From an uncultured Methanobrevibacter sp. (GTDB taxonomy: Archaea; Methanobacteriota; Methanobacteria; Methanobacteriales; Methanobacteriaceae), in contig NZ_CACWVY010000003.1 in NCBI RefSeq assembly GCF_902764455.1, positions 19,548 through 83,547 on the forward strand: DNA of 64,000 bases, given 5' to 3'. The position numbers and the translations under genes are program-made. The notes under the pieces were generated by a model. That model was given only the letters and a program-made list of their open reading frames with translations, had not been told where the DNA came from and did no database searches. Positions 29,301-37,249 of this stretch are shown here, piece after piece. Each line of letters starts with the position of its first letter. Within the stretch, counting starts at the first letter, position 1.

Positions 29301-31186
29301 GCGATATTTTCAAATACCTTATTTACAATTCCTTCATTTGCAAGCTCAATTTCAAATCCTTCATCCAATTCAAGTTCTCTTTTAATAGAAATGTTTTTAA
29401 GCAATGAATCTGTGAAAGCAAATCTGTCGATTAAAACATCCATTGCATCAAGGAATGCTTCCATTAATTCTTTTGAATAAAATGATTCATCATAGCGGAT
29501 ATTGATTTTTCCGCTTTCAAAATTAAAGATTAATTTATAATCTCTGGATTTGGAATAATCATCAACAAAGAATAAAATTTCGCTTTCAAAGTTCAGTTTT
29601 TTATTATTCAATAATGGATAATTACTGTAATTTTTGAAATAAGTTTTGAAATCTTCAAAATATTCTTTAACAGTCAAATCTGTGTTGAAATGATATCCTG
29701 CAGCAGTACGATTAAAAGCAATCAGAATGTCTTTTGAAAATGAAAATTTAGTTAAATTATACAAGAAAGTTGCCAGCAGCACTTTATCTTTTGATAAATG
29801 ATATTTATTAGCCAGGTCCTTTAATTTTTCAATATCAATTGCTTTGGAAATTTTATTGAAAATTACTTCATCATCATTAACATCAGGAGAAATTGCAGTT
29901 GGATTATCAAAGGAATTAATTAAATTATTATAGTAATTTTCTCCTTTGAAAAAGTCAATTACATTGACATGATAATCTTTACATTTTATAGAAGAATCTT
30001 CACTGACCTGTTTTGCCAAATCATTAAGGCCACTTGCAATTTCGCGTATTTCCATTTCTACAAAACAAGATTTATCATATTCTATGAATATAGACTGCAA
30101 ACCATCTTTATCAGAATAATTTTTATTTATTCTAAAATGCAATGGGAATTTGATATCTTTTTGAAGTGTCAGGAATTTTGAGTCGAAATTGGTTGAGTTT
30201 GAAACGATTGAAATCATTGAAATACAATCAGGATCAATACCCTCATTTCTTAAATCGGTTGTATATTCACTGAATTGTAATTTTGCATGTCCCAAACCTT
30301 CTTTTAAAACTGATTTGGAATAAGCAAGCAATTCATCAAAGGTCAATTCTTCATCATATTTTAACCTTAAAGGAATAGTATTTACAAACATTCCCAATGC
30401 TTCTTCCTGACCAAAGTATCTGCCATGAACTGAAGTGTTGAAAACCATATCAGCAAACTGTGCATTATCTTTTTTGGATTTTGCAATGTATAAGAAATTC
30501 AGTGCCAGTGCAGTAACAAATGGGGAATAATCAAATTCTGGAATCTTTTCAAGAAGCACCTCAAAGAACCCAAATTGAGATTCATCGAATGAATACCAGT
30601 CCTGAGAATAATCTTTTAATGAATCCAACCAATATTTTTTATCGTCATCAGCTTCAGCAGATTCAAGATAATCCTTTTCAGCATTTACATAAGTCTCATA
30701 TGAATAATCAATTGGAATGTACTGCTCATTATTCTTAAGGCAATTCATACATTTTTCAATTTCCTGCGGAACAACTGAAAACAAGGAAGTTCCATCAAGC
30801 AAAATATGCTGAACAACACCAATGAGAACAGTTGAGGAATCGGTTTTTAAAACTGCCCATTTATATAAAGGAGCATCGAAAATATCATCAAAAGGATCTT
30901 CCAGATAATCCTTAATAAATTCACCGATGTCTTCAGTCACTTCAAAACTTTCAACATTTGTTTCAACAACATCTTCATAATATTGCTTGAAATCGCCGCT
31001 TTCATCAAATTTTATCTGTAAATTAAGATAATTCCGCGAAATAATTTCAATTGAAGATTTTACATACTCAAAATCATTTAAATCATAATCCTTTCTGAAT
31101 TTTAGATAGAATGAATCATTTTGAGGATTGTTCATTTCAGAAAATAATAACATTTTCTGACTAGAAGATAAATCAAATAATACCAT
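23366..31186 (-). CDS. Two-module non-ribosomal peptide synthetase with terminal thioester reductase (C-halfC-A-T-C-A-T-R)
   Basis: C1 QHILLDG; A1 YTSGSTGKPKG, YGPTE, YNTGDLG, PKTPNGKTD; T1 FNIGLTSL; C2 HHIIVDG; A2 YTSGSTGLPKG, YGPTE, YHSGD; T2 FFEIGGTSL; R ILLTGATGFLG, YLSSK. Confidence 0.97.
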   Translation of the reverse strand: MVLFDLSSSQKMLLFSEMNNPQNDSFYLKFRKDYDLNDFEYVKSSIEIISRNYLNLQIKFDESGDFKQYYEDVVETNVESFEVTEDIGEFIKDYLEDPFDDIFDAPLYKWAVLKTDSSTVLIGVVQHILLDGTSLFSVVPQEIEKCMNCLKNNEQYIPIDYSYETYVNAEKDYLESAEADDDKKYWLDSLKDYSQDWYSFDESQFGFFEVLLEKIPEFDYSPFVTALALNFLYIAKSKKDNAQFADMVFNTSVHGRYFGQEEALGMFVNTIPLRLKYDEELTFDELLAYSKSVLKEGLGHAKLQFSEYTTDLRNEGIDPDCISMISIVSNSTNFDSKFLTLQKDIKFPLHFRINKNYSDKDGLQSIFIEYDKSCFVEMEIREIASGLNDLAKQVSEDSSIKCKDYHVNVIDFFKGENYYNNLINSFDNPTAISPDVNDDEVIFNKISKAIDIEKLKDLANKYHLSKDKVLLATFLYNLTKFSFSKDILIAFNRTAAGYHFNTDLTVKEYFEDFKTYFKNYSNYPLLNNKKLNFESEILFFVDDYSKSRDYKLIFNFESGKINIRYDESFYSKELMEAFLDAMDVLIDRFAFTDSLLKNISIKRELELDEGFEIELANEGIVNKVFENIAAENPQKTILYAEDCELTYDELNKKANKIANALIKRGVNIEDRVMFMMRRNSDLIAAVLGIVKAGAAFIPIDPNYPKNRIEQILDDSDSKFVITSSEIDYEGENRIDVDELLKEDDDSNPQIELTPDNLCFLIYTSGSTGKPKGVMITHRGITNYVANVEENVPIYELNHKCSKFISISTVSFIVFLREIFGTILNGLPVVFANDEQAMDPLELVELFNATDAEGFGSTPTRLLEYLQIEEIQDVVGKCNVIIVGGEGFPPVLYDRLTKYTDADIYNSYGPTEVTIASHYKLMDSNKVTAGWKMLNVVDKIMDIDGNQLPAHVTGEIYVGGAGIARGYLGNDEQTQKVFLTLNDIPYYNTGDLGKRDDNGELYVSGRNDTQIKLRGLRIELSEIEGAIANYENVTLSKVVVKKINSIEHLCAYFTASCDIDIDDLKQHLIDSLPEYMVPSYFTQLEAFPKTPNGKTDFKNLPDPEINVDEFIKPRTDIEKELFDIVSEILGIDEFGVNTDLFNIGLTSLSVIKLTSAIYNNFNAQLNVTEILRYKTIEKIASEIKIEDDVAGEVQELYPLTSNQLGVYFDCIKDPENTAYNLPKKMEFSEGIDVDKLKSSIVKAIENHPYLKTRIVMEKGEVYQQRRDNLKVDDLIETVDEINLDEFVTPFKLDEGPLFRFKIVGNSMLLADFHHIIVDGTSLNILFDEISKIYDGKDYDLEELDGFEYSLNEIKTEQSSLYEEAKLFFSNKIKEFDDATVITQDINGDESQGKAAMKDIFLDKQSIDEFCSESNMSQNNLFLAATSFVLNKFVYNRNVLIATITNGRFNPNQQKTLAMMVKTLPLALKLNSDSSLREYMEYINGEWLNVLTYSSYPLTEISNEFDITPEILYAYHGKIIEDIEIGGMKVERESLDYEGLKFKININVVEVDGQYRIFCEYNDQLYSETLINTFLDCIRIVLNKFQTFDKNTLMKDISIIENDDWGVDDLEYDEIPEERLNKIFEKQVELHPDRVILYATDGEFTYSQLNEKANRIAHSLIKKGVGPEDRIMFILNRDSNVMASVFGILKSGAAFIPVDSEYPSERIEHVLTDSESKFIIVDDVIDRKGIDLSDYSENLLDINELLKEADISNPDPDVHPNNMAYLIYTSGSTGLPKGVILEHGNIANFAYPDPRNVCTYELVHNLEKEDYKVLSTTTVAFDVFQQELMGSLLNGVPMVFANDTEYKDPIEMMDLINRTGANVYVATPSRLLQYLDIEAMQETMYGFKVYIHAGEPFSPRLYDLLSKNSNGKIFNMYGPTETTVYCNGQLLESSDIHIGKELFNVHEMVMDFDSNPLPPNVIGELYIGGKGVSREYLNRPEKNAESYEVINGIRFYHSGDFVKVTENGDYYVFGRMDNQIKLRGLRIEIGEIEVGLSKYPGIKSVAVVVKKIKGNDHLCAYFTVHDDIKDENREENEYSIDIDDLKASLAEKLVYYMVPTVYMELDEMPQTVNGKTDLRNLPEPVLITEYVAPENEIEAFFAELFAEILGLDEVSVTDSFFEIGGTSLLVTKITMEALNRNYNLNYGDVFSNPTPRALSEFILSDETVEKKSEMSYDYTKINNLLKKNNIESLVNGEFEDDLGNILLTGATGFLGIHVLHEILENETDEIYCFIRANKVLSGAERLKSLLFYYFSDEYAELFDERLHVIEGDITSFEDFEKLMPERIDTIINCAANVKHFSSGTDIEDINFGGVINGLKFAKMKNAKYVQVSTYSIAGESVNNYPPVDVKFKEDDLFIGQKVDNQYLSSKFLAERAVLEAAVDDDLDVKIMRVGNLMARSSDSEFQINFESNGFINRLKAFVTIGKMPYSMLMNNVEFSPIDTTAKAILNLSKTPKDCRVFHPYDYHSVSFGDIIEIIRPLGLDIQPVEDDEYQKALDEALADKTKQEGVSGLITSIGSGKVKKIWLPVDNVYTIQSMYRLGIKWPFVSEEYIYNFIKYLVDLDFFSV

Positions 31187-31275
31187 AAGTTCACCAAAAT
31201 ATTTATATTAGTAAAATATATGTAACCCAAAATATATAAAAATGTATTATTTAATATTAATTGTAAGGGATTATT

Positions 31276-31575
31276 ATGAATATTGAAAAAAATTATAATG
31301 GAAAAGAATTAACATTGTCTATTGAAGGACGTATAGACACAATAACTTCAAAAGATTTAGATAATACAATCAATGAGGAAATGGGAAATTTTGATTCATT
31401 AATATTGGATTTTGCGGATTTAGAATATATCTCAAGTGCAGGATTAAGAGTAGTAATTGCAACTCAAAAAAAATTAAAGCCAAACAATATTCCTCTTGTC
31501 ATTAAAAATACCAATGAAACTGTTAAAGGAATATTTAAAATGTCAGGTTTTGATAAAATCCTTAACATAGAATAA
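31276..31575 (+). CDS. STAS-domain anti-anti-sigma-like protein
   Basis: EGRIDT, LILDFADLEYISSAGLR (phospho-Ser motif), IFKMSGFDKI. Confidence 0.93.
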   Translation: MNIEKNYNGKELTLSIEGRIDTITSKDLDNTINEEMGNFDSLILDFADLEYISSAGLRVVIATQKKLKPNNIPLVIKNTNETVKGIFKMSGFDKILNIE

Positions 31576-31662
31576 ACTATTCTGACTCGTAGAAGCCATG
31601 AATTTATAGAATTTCCATAAACACTATTAATGGAGTAAAAAAATTAATTAATGCATTAATAT

Positions 31663-31705
31663 GACAATTCATTTTAGACCTAAAGAAGTCAAAGATTTTG
31701 CCAAA
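31663..31705. mobile_element. Degenerate IS200/IS605-end-like palindromic repeat, copy 2
   Basis: GACAATTCATTTTAGACCTAAAGAAGTCAAAGATTTTGCCAAA; about 35/45 identical to 1568-1612 by manual alignment. Confidence 0.5.
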
Positions 31706-31710
31706 TAGAG

Positions 31711-32091
31711 ATGAAATCAATGAAATTAAATCGAGATATCAACGAATTATATAATTTGAATGATTATATAATTGGAGTAATTCAAAAAGAAGATCTCCAA
31801 GTAAACCTAATAATTGAAGAAGTCTTTGCAAATATTGTCGAATATTCCAATAGCGAATTTATAATTGTTAATGCTGAATTTAATGATTCAATATTAACAG
31901 TGAAATTTATCGACAACGGAATTCCTTTCAATCCTCTATTAAAAGAAGATCCTGAACTTCCAAATACTGTTGAAGAAGCCCAAATTGGAGGACTGGGAAT
32001 TTTTTTAACAAAAGAACTGGCGGACAATATTGATTATCAGTATATAAACGGTGAAAATCATTTAAAAATTATCAAAAAAGTGGATTCATAA
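31711..32091 (+). CDS. RsbW/SpoIIAB-like Ser kinase (HATPase_c)
   Basis: IIEEVFANIVEYS (N box), DNGIPFNP (G1), GGLGIFL (G2). Confidence 0.9.
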   Translation: MKSMKLNRDINELYNLNDYIIGVIQKEDLQVNLIIEEVFANIVEYSNSEFIIVNAEFNDSILTVKFIDNGIPFNPLLKEDPELPNTVEEAQIGGLGIFLTKELADNIDYQYINGENHLKIIKKVDS

Positions 32092-32115
32092 ACACCGTAT
32101 AGCTTAACAGTTTGC

Positions 32116-33132
32116 TTAATCTATTCTCAAAGGAAGATTTCCAATCACATTAGCTTTGCTAGAAACTTCCACCGTGTCTTCAAGACGAACTCCGAATTCC
32201 CCTTCCAGATAGATTCCGGGTTCAACAGTAATGACCATGCCCTTTTCAATTATTGTTTCATCGCGTAGAGAAAATCCAGGAGTTTCATGAATATCCAAAC
32301 CTAAACTGTGACCTGTTGAATGGATAAATTTATCTGCATAACCATAATCCTTAATAATGTCACGTGCAACTTTATCGATTTGACAACATTTAAGGCCAGG
32401 TTTAACTGCTTTTATTGCTTTGTCATGAGCTTCAGCAACAATGTTCCAAATTTCATGCTGGCGTTCCGTATACACTATTGTACGAGTATTATCTGAACAA
32501 TAACCTTCAAAAATAGCACCCCAATCAATTAAAATTGGCTGTGACAATTTTTTATCCTGAGGAACCGCATGAGGAAGACTTGAATTAGCACCACTTGTAA
32601 CAATTGTGTCAAATGATTCCTTTGAAGCACCATTTTCAATCATATGTCTTACAAGGTCAAATGCTACCTCTTTTTCAGTGCAGTTATTGTTTAAAATGTC
32701 AAGTTGCAGGAATGATTTTTGAGCAATTTCAGTTGCTTTTGTGATTTTTTCAATCTCGTAAGGTGTTTTAATCATTCTTTGTTTGTCTATGTATGTTTTG
32801 GAATCTACATCAAAATCATCCCTAAATCTAACATATGTGCTGAACGGCAGACTAGGCTCGATAGCTAAGCTTTTGATTCCTTCTTTTTTTAGTTCATTAA
32901 CAATAACTTCAAAAGACTCATATTCCTTTACTTCAATCGATGAATTTTTTTCTGCCAGTTCCATATCCATTCCGGATGCATAAATTATTGGATTTTCTTT
33001 TATAATACAAAAAGCAAAACTGGTAGGTCGATACCCTGAAATATATTCAACATTTGTAAATTTTGTAAGCAGATAAGCTTGAAAATCATCTTTTTCCAAA
33101 TCTTTTAAAATATTATTAATATGCAAATCCAT
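32116..33132 (-). CDS. pepQ: Xaa-Pro aminopeptidase/prolidase (M24)
   Basis: DWGA..YCSDNTRT, GHSLGLDIHE, TVEPGIY, GVRLED: metal ligands intact. Confidence 0.9.
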   Translation of the reverse strand: MDLHINNILKDLEKDDFQAYLLTKFTNVEYISGYRPTSFAFCIIKENPIIYASGMDMELAEKNSSIEVKEYESFEVIVNELKKEGIKSLAIEPSLPFSTYVRFRDDFDVDSKTYIDKQRMIKTPYEIEKITKATEIAQKSFLQLDILNNNCTEKEVAFDLVRHMIENGASKESFDTIVTSGANSSLPHAVPQDKKLSQPILIDWGAIFEGYCSDNTRTIVYTERQHEIWNIVAEAHDKAIKAVKPGLKCCQIDKVARDIIKDYGYADKFIHSTGHSLGLDIHETPGFSLRDETIIEKGMVITVEPGIYLEGEFGVRLEDTVEVSSKANVIGNLPLRID

Positions 33133-33248
33133 GTTTAAATATTTAGAAAAAGTATTATAAAAAAATAAGCAATATCATGAAAGTTCAAATACAAAATATT
33201 ATTCAAAAAAGATAATTTTATTAAAGTCAAATTAGATATTTTAACATT

Positions 33249-33890
33249 ATGATTAAATTTACTAGTAGCGAAGTAAGAGATTTAATAATTGCATTTATTG
33301 TTATTTCACTTTGTTTTGCAATAGCGAATGCTGGAAGAAATGTGAATGCAATACTTCACTTATTGCCTATGATTATGGTTGGTGTAGGTGCAGGTTTCAT
33401 ATTGCACGAGCTAGGACATAAATTTGTGTCAATGAAATATGGTTATTGGGCTGAATTTAAATTATGGCCTCAAGGGTTAATTTTTGCGCTCATCACATCA
33501 TTTTTCGGATTTGTTTTTGCAGCACCAGGTGCAGTTTACACATATGCAAATTACATGACTGATGAGATTAACGGTAAAATATCCGTTGCAGGTCCGGTTG
33601 TCAATATAATTCTTGCAATAATATTTTTAGCAATATGCATTGCAGTTTACCCGTCCGCATTTCACTCACAGACTTCAGTGTTAATCTTAAATATTTGTGC
33701 TTTAGGTTTCAACATCAACAGTTTTCTTGCGGTATTTAACTTGCTTCCAATTGGAAACCTTGATGGATCAAAAGTATTGCGATGGAATATCGGAATTTGG
33801 CTTATTACAATCGCTATTGCAGGAATAATGACATATATGTCAATGACAATAGGTGTTGAAAATATTATTAGATTAATTATAGGATTCTAA
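33249..33890 (+). CDS. Site-2 (M50) membrane zinc metalloprotease
   Basis: HELGH, AGPVVN, FNLLPIGNLDG. Confidence 0.92.
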   Translation: MIKFTSSEVRDLIIAFIVISLCFAIANAGRNVNAILHLLPMIMVGVGAGFILHELGHKFVSMKYGYWAEFKLWPQGLIFALITSFFGFVFAAPGAVYTYANYMTDEINGKISVAGPVVNIILAIIFLAICIAVYPSAFHSQTSVLILNICALGFNINSFLAVFNLLPIGNLDGSKVLRWNIGIWLITIAIAGIMTYMSMTIGVENIIRLIIGF

Positions 33891-33893
33891 ATT

Positions 33894-35096
33894 ATGAATG
33901 AAGAACTTACATACTTTAAGGGAACTCACAGAGTAATTGCTCCCAAAAAAACCATTGAAAATACAGAAGATAAATTAAAAATAGCAGGAATTACCCGTAT
34001 TGCAGATATTACAGATTTGGACAGGATTGGACTTCCCATATATACTGCTATCAGACCTACTGCCGAAGATGGTGCAGTCAGTATTTATGGAGGGAAAGGA
34101 ATTTCAAAAGACCATGCTAAAGCATCAGCAATGATGGAAGGTTTTGAGAGATATTCCGCCGAAAGGCAGGAATCCGACGAAACTGTGAATGCAACCATAG
34201 AAGAAATTTCTGAAAAAGGAGAATATATTGATCCCAAATCCCTGAATCTTCCCAAAGAATTTGAAAAGGAAGACCTCTCTAATTTGAATTTGGAATGGAG
34301 CATTTCACATGATATAATTTCAGATAAAGATTATTTTATTCCAACCAATGCAATTTATCATCCATACATTAACGATGCATCCACCCGGAGCCTATTCAAA
34401 TCAAATACCAATGGTCTGGCATCCGGAAACATTTTGGAAGAAGCCATTTTACATGGAATATTTGAAGTTATTGAAAGGGACGCATGGAGCATTTTTGAGT
34501 TAACCCATAAAAACTATGCTCAAATTGATTTAAACAGTATTGAAAGCAATGTTGTTAATGATACTCTTGATAAATTTGAAAGTAAAGGAATTAAAATCAA
34601 ATTAATGGATTTTACTGCTGACATTAATGTTCCAACAATAGCTGCTTCTGCCGATGACACCGTGACTAAAGATGCAGGACTTCTCACATTGGGAATGGGA
34701 ACACATCTTGATCCTGAAGTTGCAATTTTAAGGGCGCTTACTGAAGTTGCACAAAGCAGAGCAACACAAATCAACGGAGCCAGAGAAGATACCGTTAGAG
34801 CTGATTTTGCACGTGAAGCCGGTTATGAACGAATGAAGCGCATCAATAAATATTATTTCAGGCAGGAAGAGGATAAAATAAATCTATCAGATATCGAAAA
34901 CAAATCAACAACATCAATTACTGAAGACATTGAAATTGTTAAAGATGAACTGATGGCAAATGACATTGAAAAGATTCTCTACACTGATTTGACAAGACCT
35001 GAATTGGACATCAGTGTTGTTAGAGTCATAATTCCTGAAATGGAAATTTATGCTATTGACCAGTCAAGAGCAGGATACAGATTTTTAAAAATATGA
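33894..35096 (+). CDS. ycaO: YcaO, TfuA-associated thioamide-forming type
   Basis: AMMEGFER, SNTNGLASG, EVIERDAW, RALTEVAQSR; no C-terminal PxP; adjacent to tfuA. Confidence 0.93.
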   Translation: MNEELTYFKGTHRVIAPKKTIENTEDKLKIAGITRIADITDLDRIGLPIYTAIRPTAEDGAVSIYGGKGISKDHAKASAMMEGFERYSAERQESDETVNATIEEISEKGEYIDPKSLNLPKEFEKEDLSNLNLEWSISHDIISDKDYFIPTNAIYHPYINDASTRSLFKSNTNGLASGNILEEAILHGIFEVIERDAWSIFELTHKNYAQIDLNSIESNVVNDTLDKFESKGIKIKLMDFTADINVPTIAASADDTVTKDAGLLTLGMGTHLDPEVAILRALTEVAQSRATQINGAREDTVRADFAREAGYERMKRINKYYFRQEEDKINLSDIENKSTTSITEDIEIVKDELMANDIEKILYTDLTRPELDISVVRVIIPEMEIYAIDQSRAGYRFLKI

Positions 35097-35100
35097 TAAA

Positions 35101-35760
35101 ATGATAAAGATTATTGTTTATACAGGATTATCACTTCCTTTCAGCGAAGCAAAAGAAATTTTAGATTCACACGAGGACATTGAAGTAATTTACAAAAGAC
35201 CTATTAAAAGAGGAGAATTAAGTTTAGCTTTAAAAGAAAATCCAGATATCATTGCAATAATCGACGGAGTTTTTCACCAAAACTCTGCTGTAGGACATAA
35301 GGAAATTTTAAATGTCTTAAAAAGAGGAATTAAAGTTTATGGTGCATCAAGTATGGGAGCACTTAGAGCATCAGAGCTTGACAGTTTAGGTATGGTTGGA
35401 ATAGGCTATGTTTATGAACAATATGCAAGCGGAAAAGTTGATTCCGATGATGATGTTGCTGTGATGCTTGATTGCGAAACATTGGAAGCATTATCAGAAC
35501 CACTAATTAACATGAATTATGTTTTTGAAAATGCAGCAGATAAAAACATCATCACCACAGAAGAAAAAGCAGAACTGCGTGAAATTGCCAAAAAGACATA
35601 TTATCCTCACAGAAACTATTCTCAAACTTTAGCACAATCCAGTTTAAGTCCCGATAAAAAAGACAAACTCATTGATTTTATTCGCACATCACCGGACATT
35701 AAAAAAGAAGATGCAAAAGAGCTGCTTCACTTCATACAAGATGAACTTATCAAATCTTAA
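35101..35760 (+). CDS. tfuA: TfuA-like protein
   Basis: IIDGVFH..AVGHKEI, GASSMGALRASEL, DDDVAV, LSEPLIN. Confidence 0.93.
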   Translation: MIKIIVYTGLSLPFSEAKEILDSHEDIEVIYKRPIKRGELSLALKENPDIIAIIDGVFHQNSAVGHKEILNVLKRGIKVYGASSMGALRASELDSLGMVGIGYVYEQYASGKVDSDDDVAVMLDCETLEALSEPLINMNYVFENAADKNIITTEEKAELREIAKKTYYPHRNYSQTLAQSSLSPDKKDKLIDFIRTSPDIKKEDAKELLHFIQDELIKS

Positions 35761-35899
35761 GAAATTCATATACACTAATCGAAAATTAAACAAAGAATTA
35801 AGTGTTAAATGTTATTAAAATAAAGTAATGATAAATTAAAATAATAGTTTTTAGATTAACCATCATTTTAAATAATCATAAAATTAGAATAATGAAGGT

Positions 35900-36358
35900 T
35901 TAATCATCCTTCATTTCAAGATATTTTTTCAAAACAATATCAGGAGTTTCAAGTTTCAAATCAAAACTGGTTGTAAATTCATTTTCTTCAAAATCACTAT
36001 CAACTTTTCGAATTCCAGTTAAAGAAATTGTATCTCCATCGATTTTAAAGCCAGTATCATCAGCTACAACACTATTCAGAGTAATTTCAATTTCAGAAGC
36101 CTCATCAAGAACATGATTGGCTCGAACATCATATTTTAATTCAAGGGACTTATGAGGCATTATTTCATTGATAGTTCTTTTGATTACTGAATCAAAAAGT
36201 TCTAAAAATTTAGTAGCTGGGGGCAGGTTATTAGCCCACCAGTAAGTAATAACAGAGTTTAGGACAATTACATGTTCTGAAAAATCATCATATAATCTTG
36301 CACGAACACAAACCGTACTATCATCTACTTTAATTACTAATACCGGACTAACAGCCAT
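35900..36358 (-). CDS. Hypothetical protein
   Basis: Long ORF 10 bp downstream of the CBS gene, same strand; no family recognised. Confidence 0.7.
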   Translation of the reverse strand: MAVSPVLVIKVDDSTVCVRARLYDDFSEHVIVLNSVITYWWANNLPPATKFLELFDSVIKRTINEIMPHKSLELKYDVRANHVLDEASEIEITLNSVVADDTGFKIDGDTISLTGIRKVDSDFEENEFTTSFDLKLETPDIVLKKYLEMKDD

Positions 36359-36368
36359 TATATCACAA

Positions 36369-37208
36369 TTAGTCCACTAATGCTTTAATTAAATCACTAG
36401 CTCTGACAAGACCCACTAAATCTCCTTCAACACCAATTACTGGAATTTGTTCAATGTTTAAGGATTTCATTTTTTTAGCGCAGTCTGAAACTTTAGTTTT
36501 GGAGTTAGCTACTTCAACATTTCCAACTGCAACATCACTTACTACTTTGTCTGTGAATTTTATTAAGTTCTTCTCGATGTACAGTACAGAAGTACTATCC
36601 CATGACCATTTATCACCTTCAGTACCAACAGTGGAACTGTGTTCACTTCTTTCAGAAATAATTTCAATTTCAGAAATGAAATCAGTTTCAGTTAAAATAC
36701 CTGAAAGTTTAGCATCATCATCTAAAGCTAAAATTGATTTTAAACCAAATTGATTCATAGATTCGAAAGCAACATTTAAAGGAGCTTTTTCCCAAGTAGT
36801 TGGAACAGTAGTAATCATATATTCTTCAACAGCATCGTTTATTTCAATTTTTGTTAAAGCTTTGGATACTAAATCAAATGAAGTAATAATACCTACTAAT
36901 TCACCATCATCATTAACGACAGGAACCCTTCTCACATTATTTTCCATCATTTTGCGAGCGGCAACAACTACATCATCACCAGGATTAACAGTAACTAAAT
37001 CTCTGCTCATCAACATTGCAATTTGTTCTTCATCAGGATTATTAATTAAATCAGAACGAGTTACTAGTCCTACTAAAATATCAGTATCTTCTTTAACAAC
37101 AGGAAGTACTGCCTTATTTTCTTTTCTCATTAAGTCTAAAACTTTTTCCCTGTTCCCAGGAACGGAAACACTAACTACATTTTTAGACATTGTTCTTTTA
37201 ACTAACAT
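36369..37208 (-). CDS. Four-CBS-domain protein
   Basis: Repeated LPVV..LVGLVTRSD, VPVV..LVGIITSFD, LSGILTETD, IPVI..LVGLVRASD. Confidence 0.93.
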   Translation of the reverse strand: MLVKRTMSKNVVSVSVPGNREKVLDLMRKENKAVLPVVKEDTDILVGLVTRSDLINNPDEEQIAMLMSRDLVTVNPGDDVVVAARKMMENNVRRVPVVNDDGELVGIITSFDLVSKALTKIEINDAVEEYMITTVPTTWEKAPLNVAFESMNQFGLKSILALDDDAKLSGILTETDFISEIEIISERSEHSSTVGTEGDKWSWDSTSVLYIEKNLIKFTDKVVSDVAVGNVEVANSKTKVSDCAKKMKSLNIEQIPVIGVEGDLVGLVRASDLIKALVD

Positions 37209-37249
37209 ATAAACACCTTATAACAAATATAATAATTAAATGATAATAT

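Noticed and set aside
23366-35760. YcaO-TfuA as tailoring enzymes of the NRPS (thioamidated product)
   Set aside because: YcaO-TfuA is a methanogen core pair for McrA thioamidation, is separated from the NRPS by housekeeping-type genes, and acts on ribosomal substrates. Proximity alone is not evidence.
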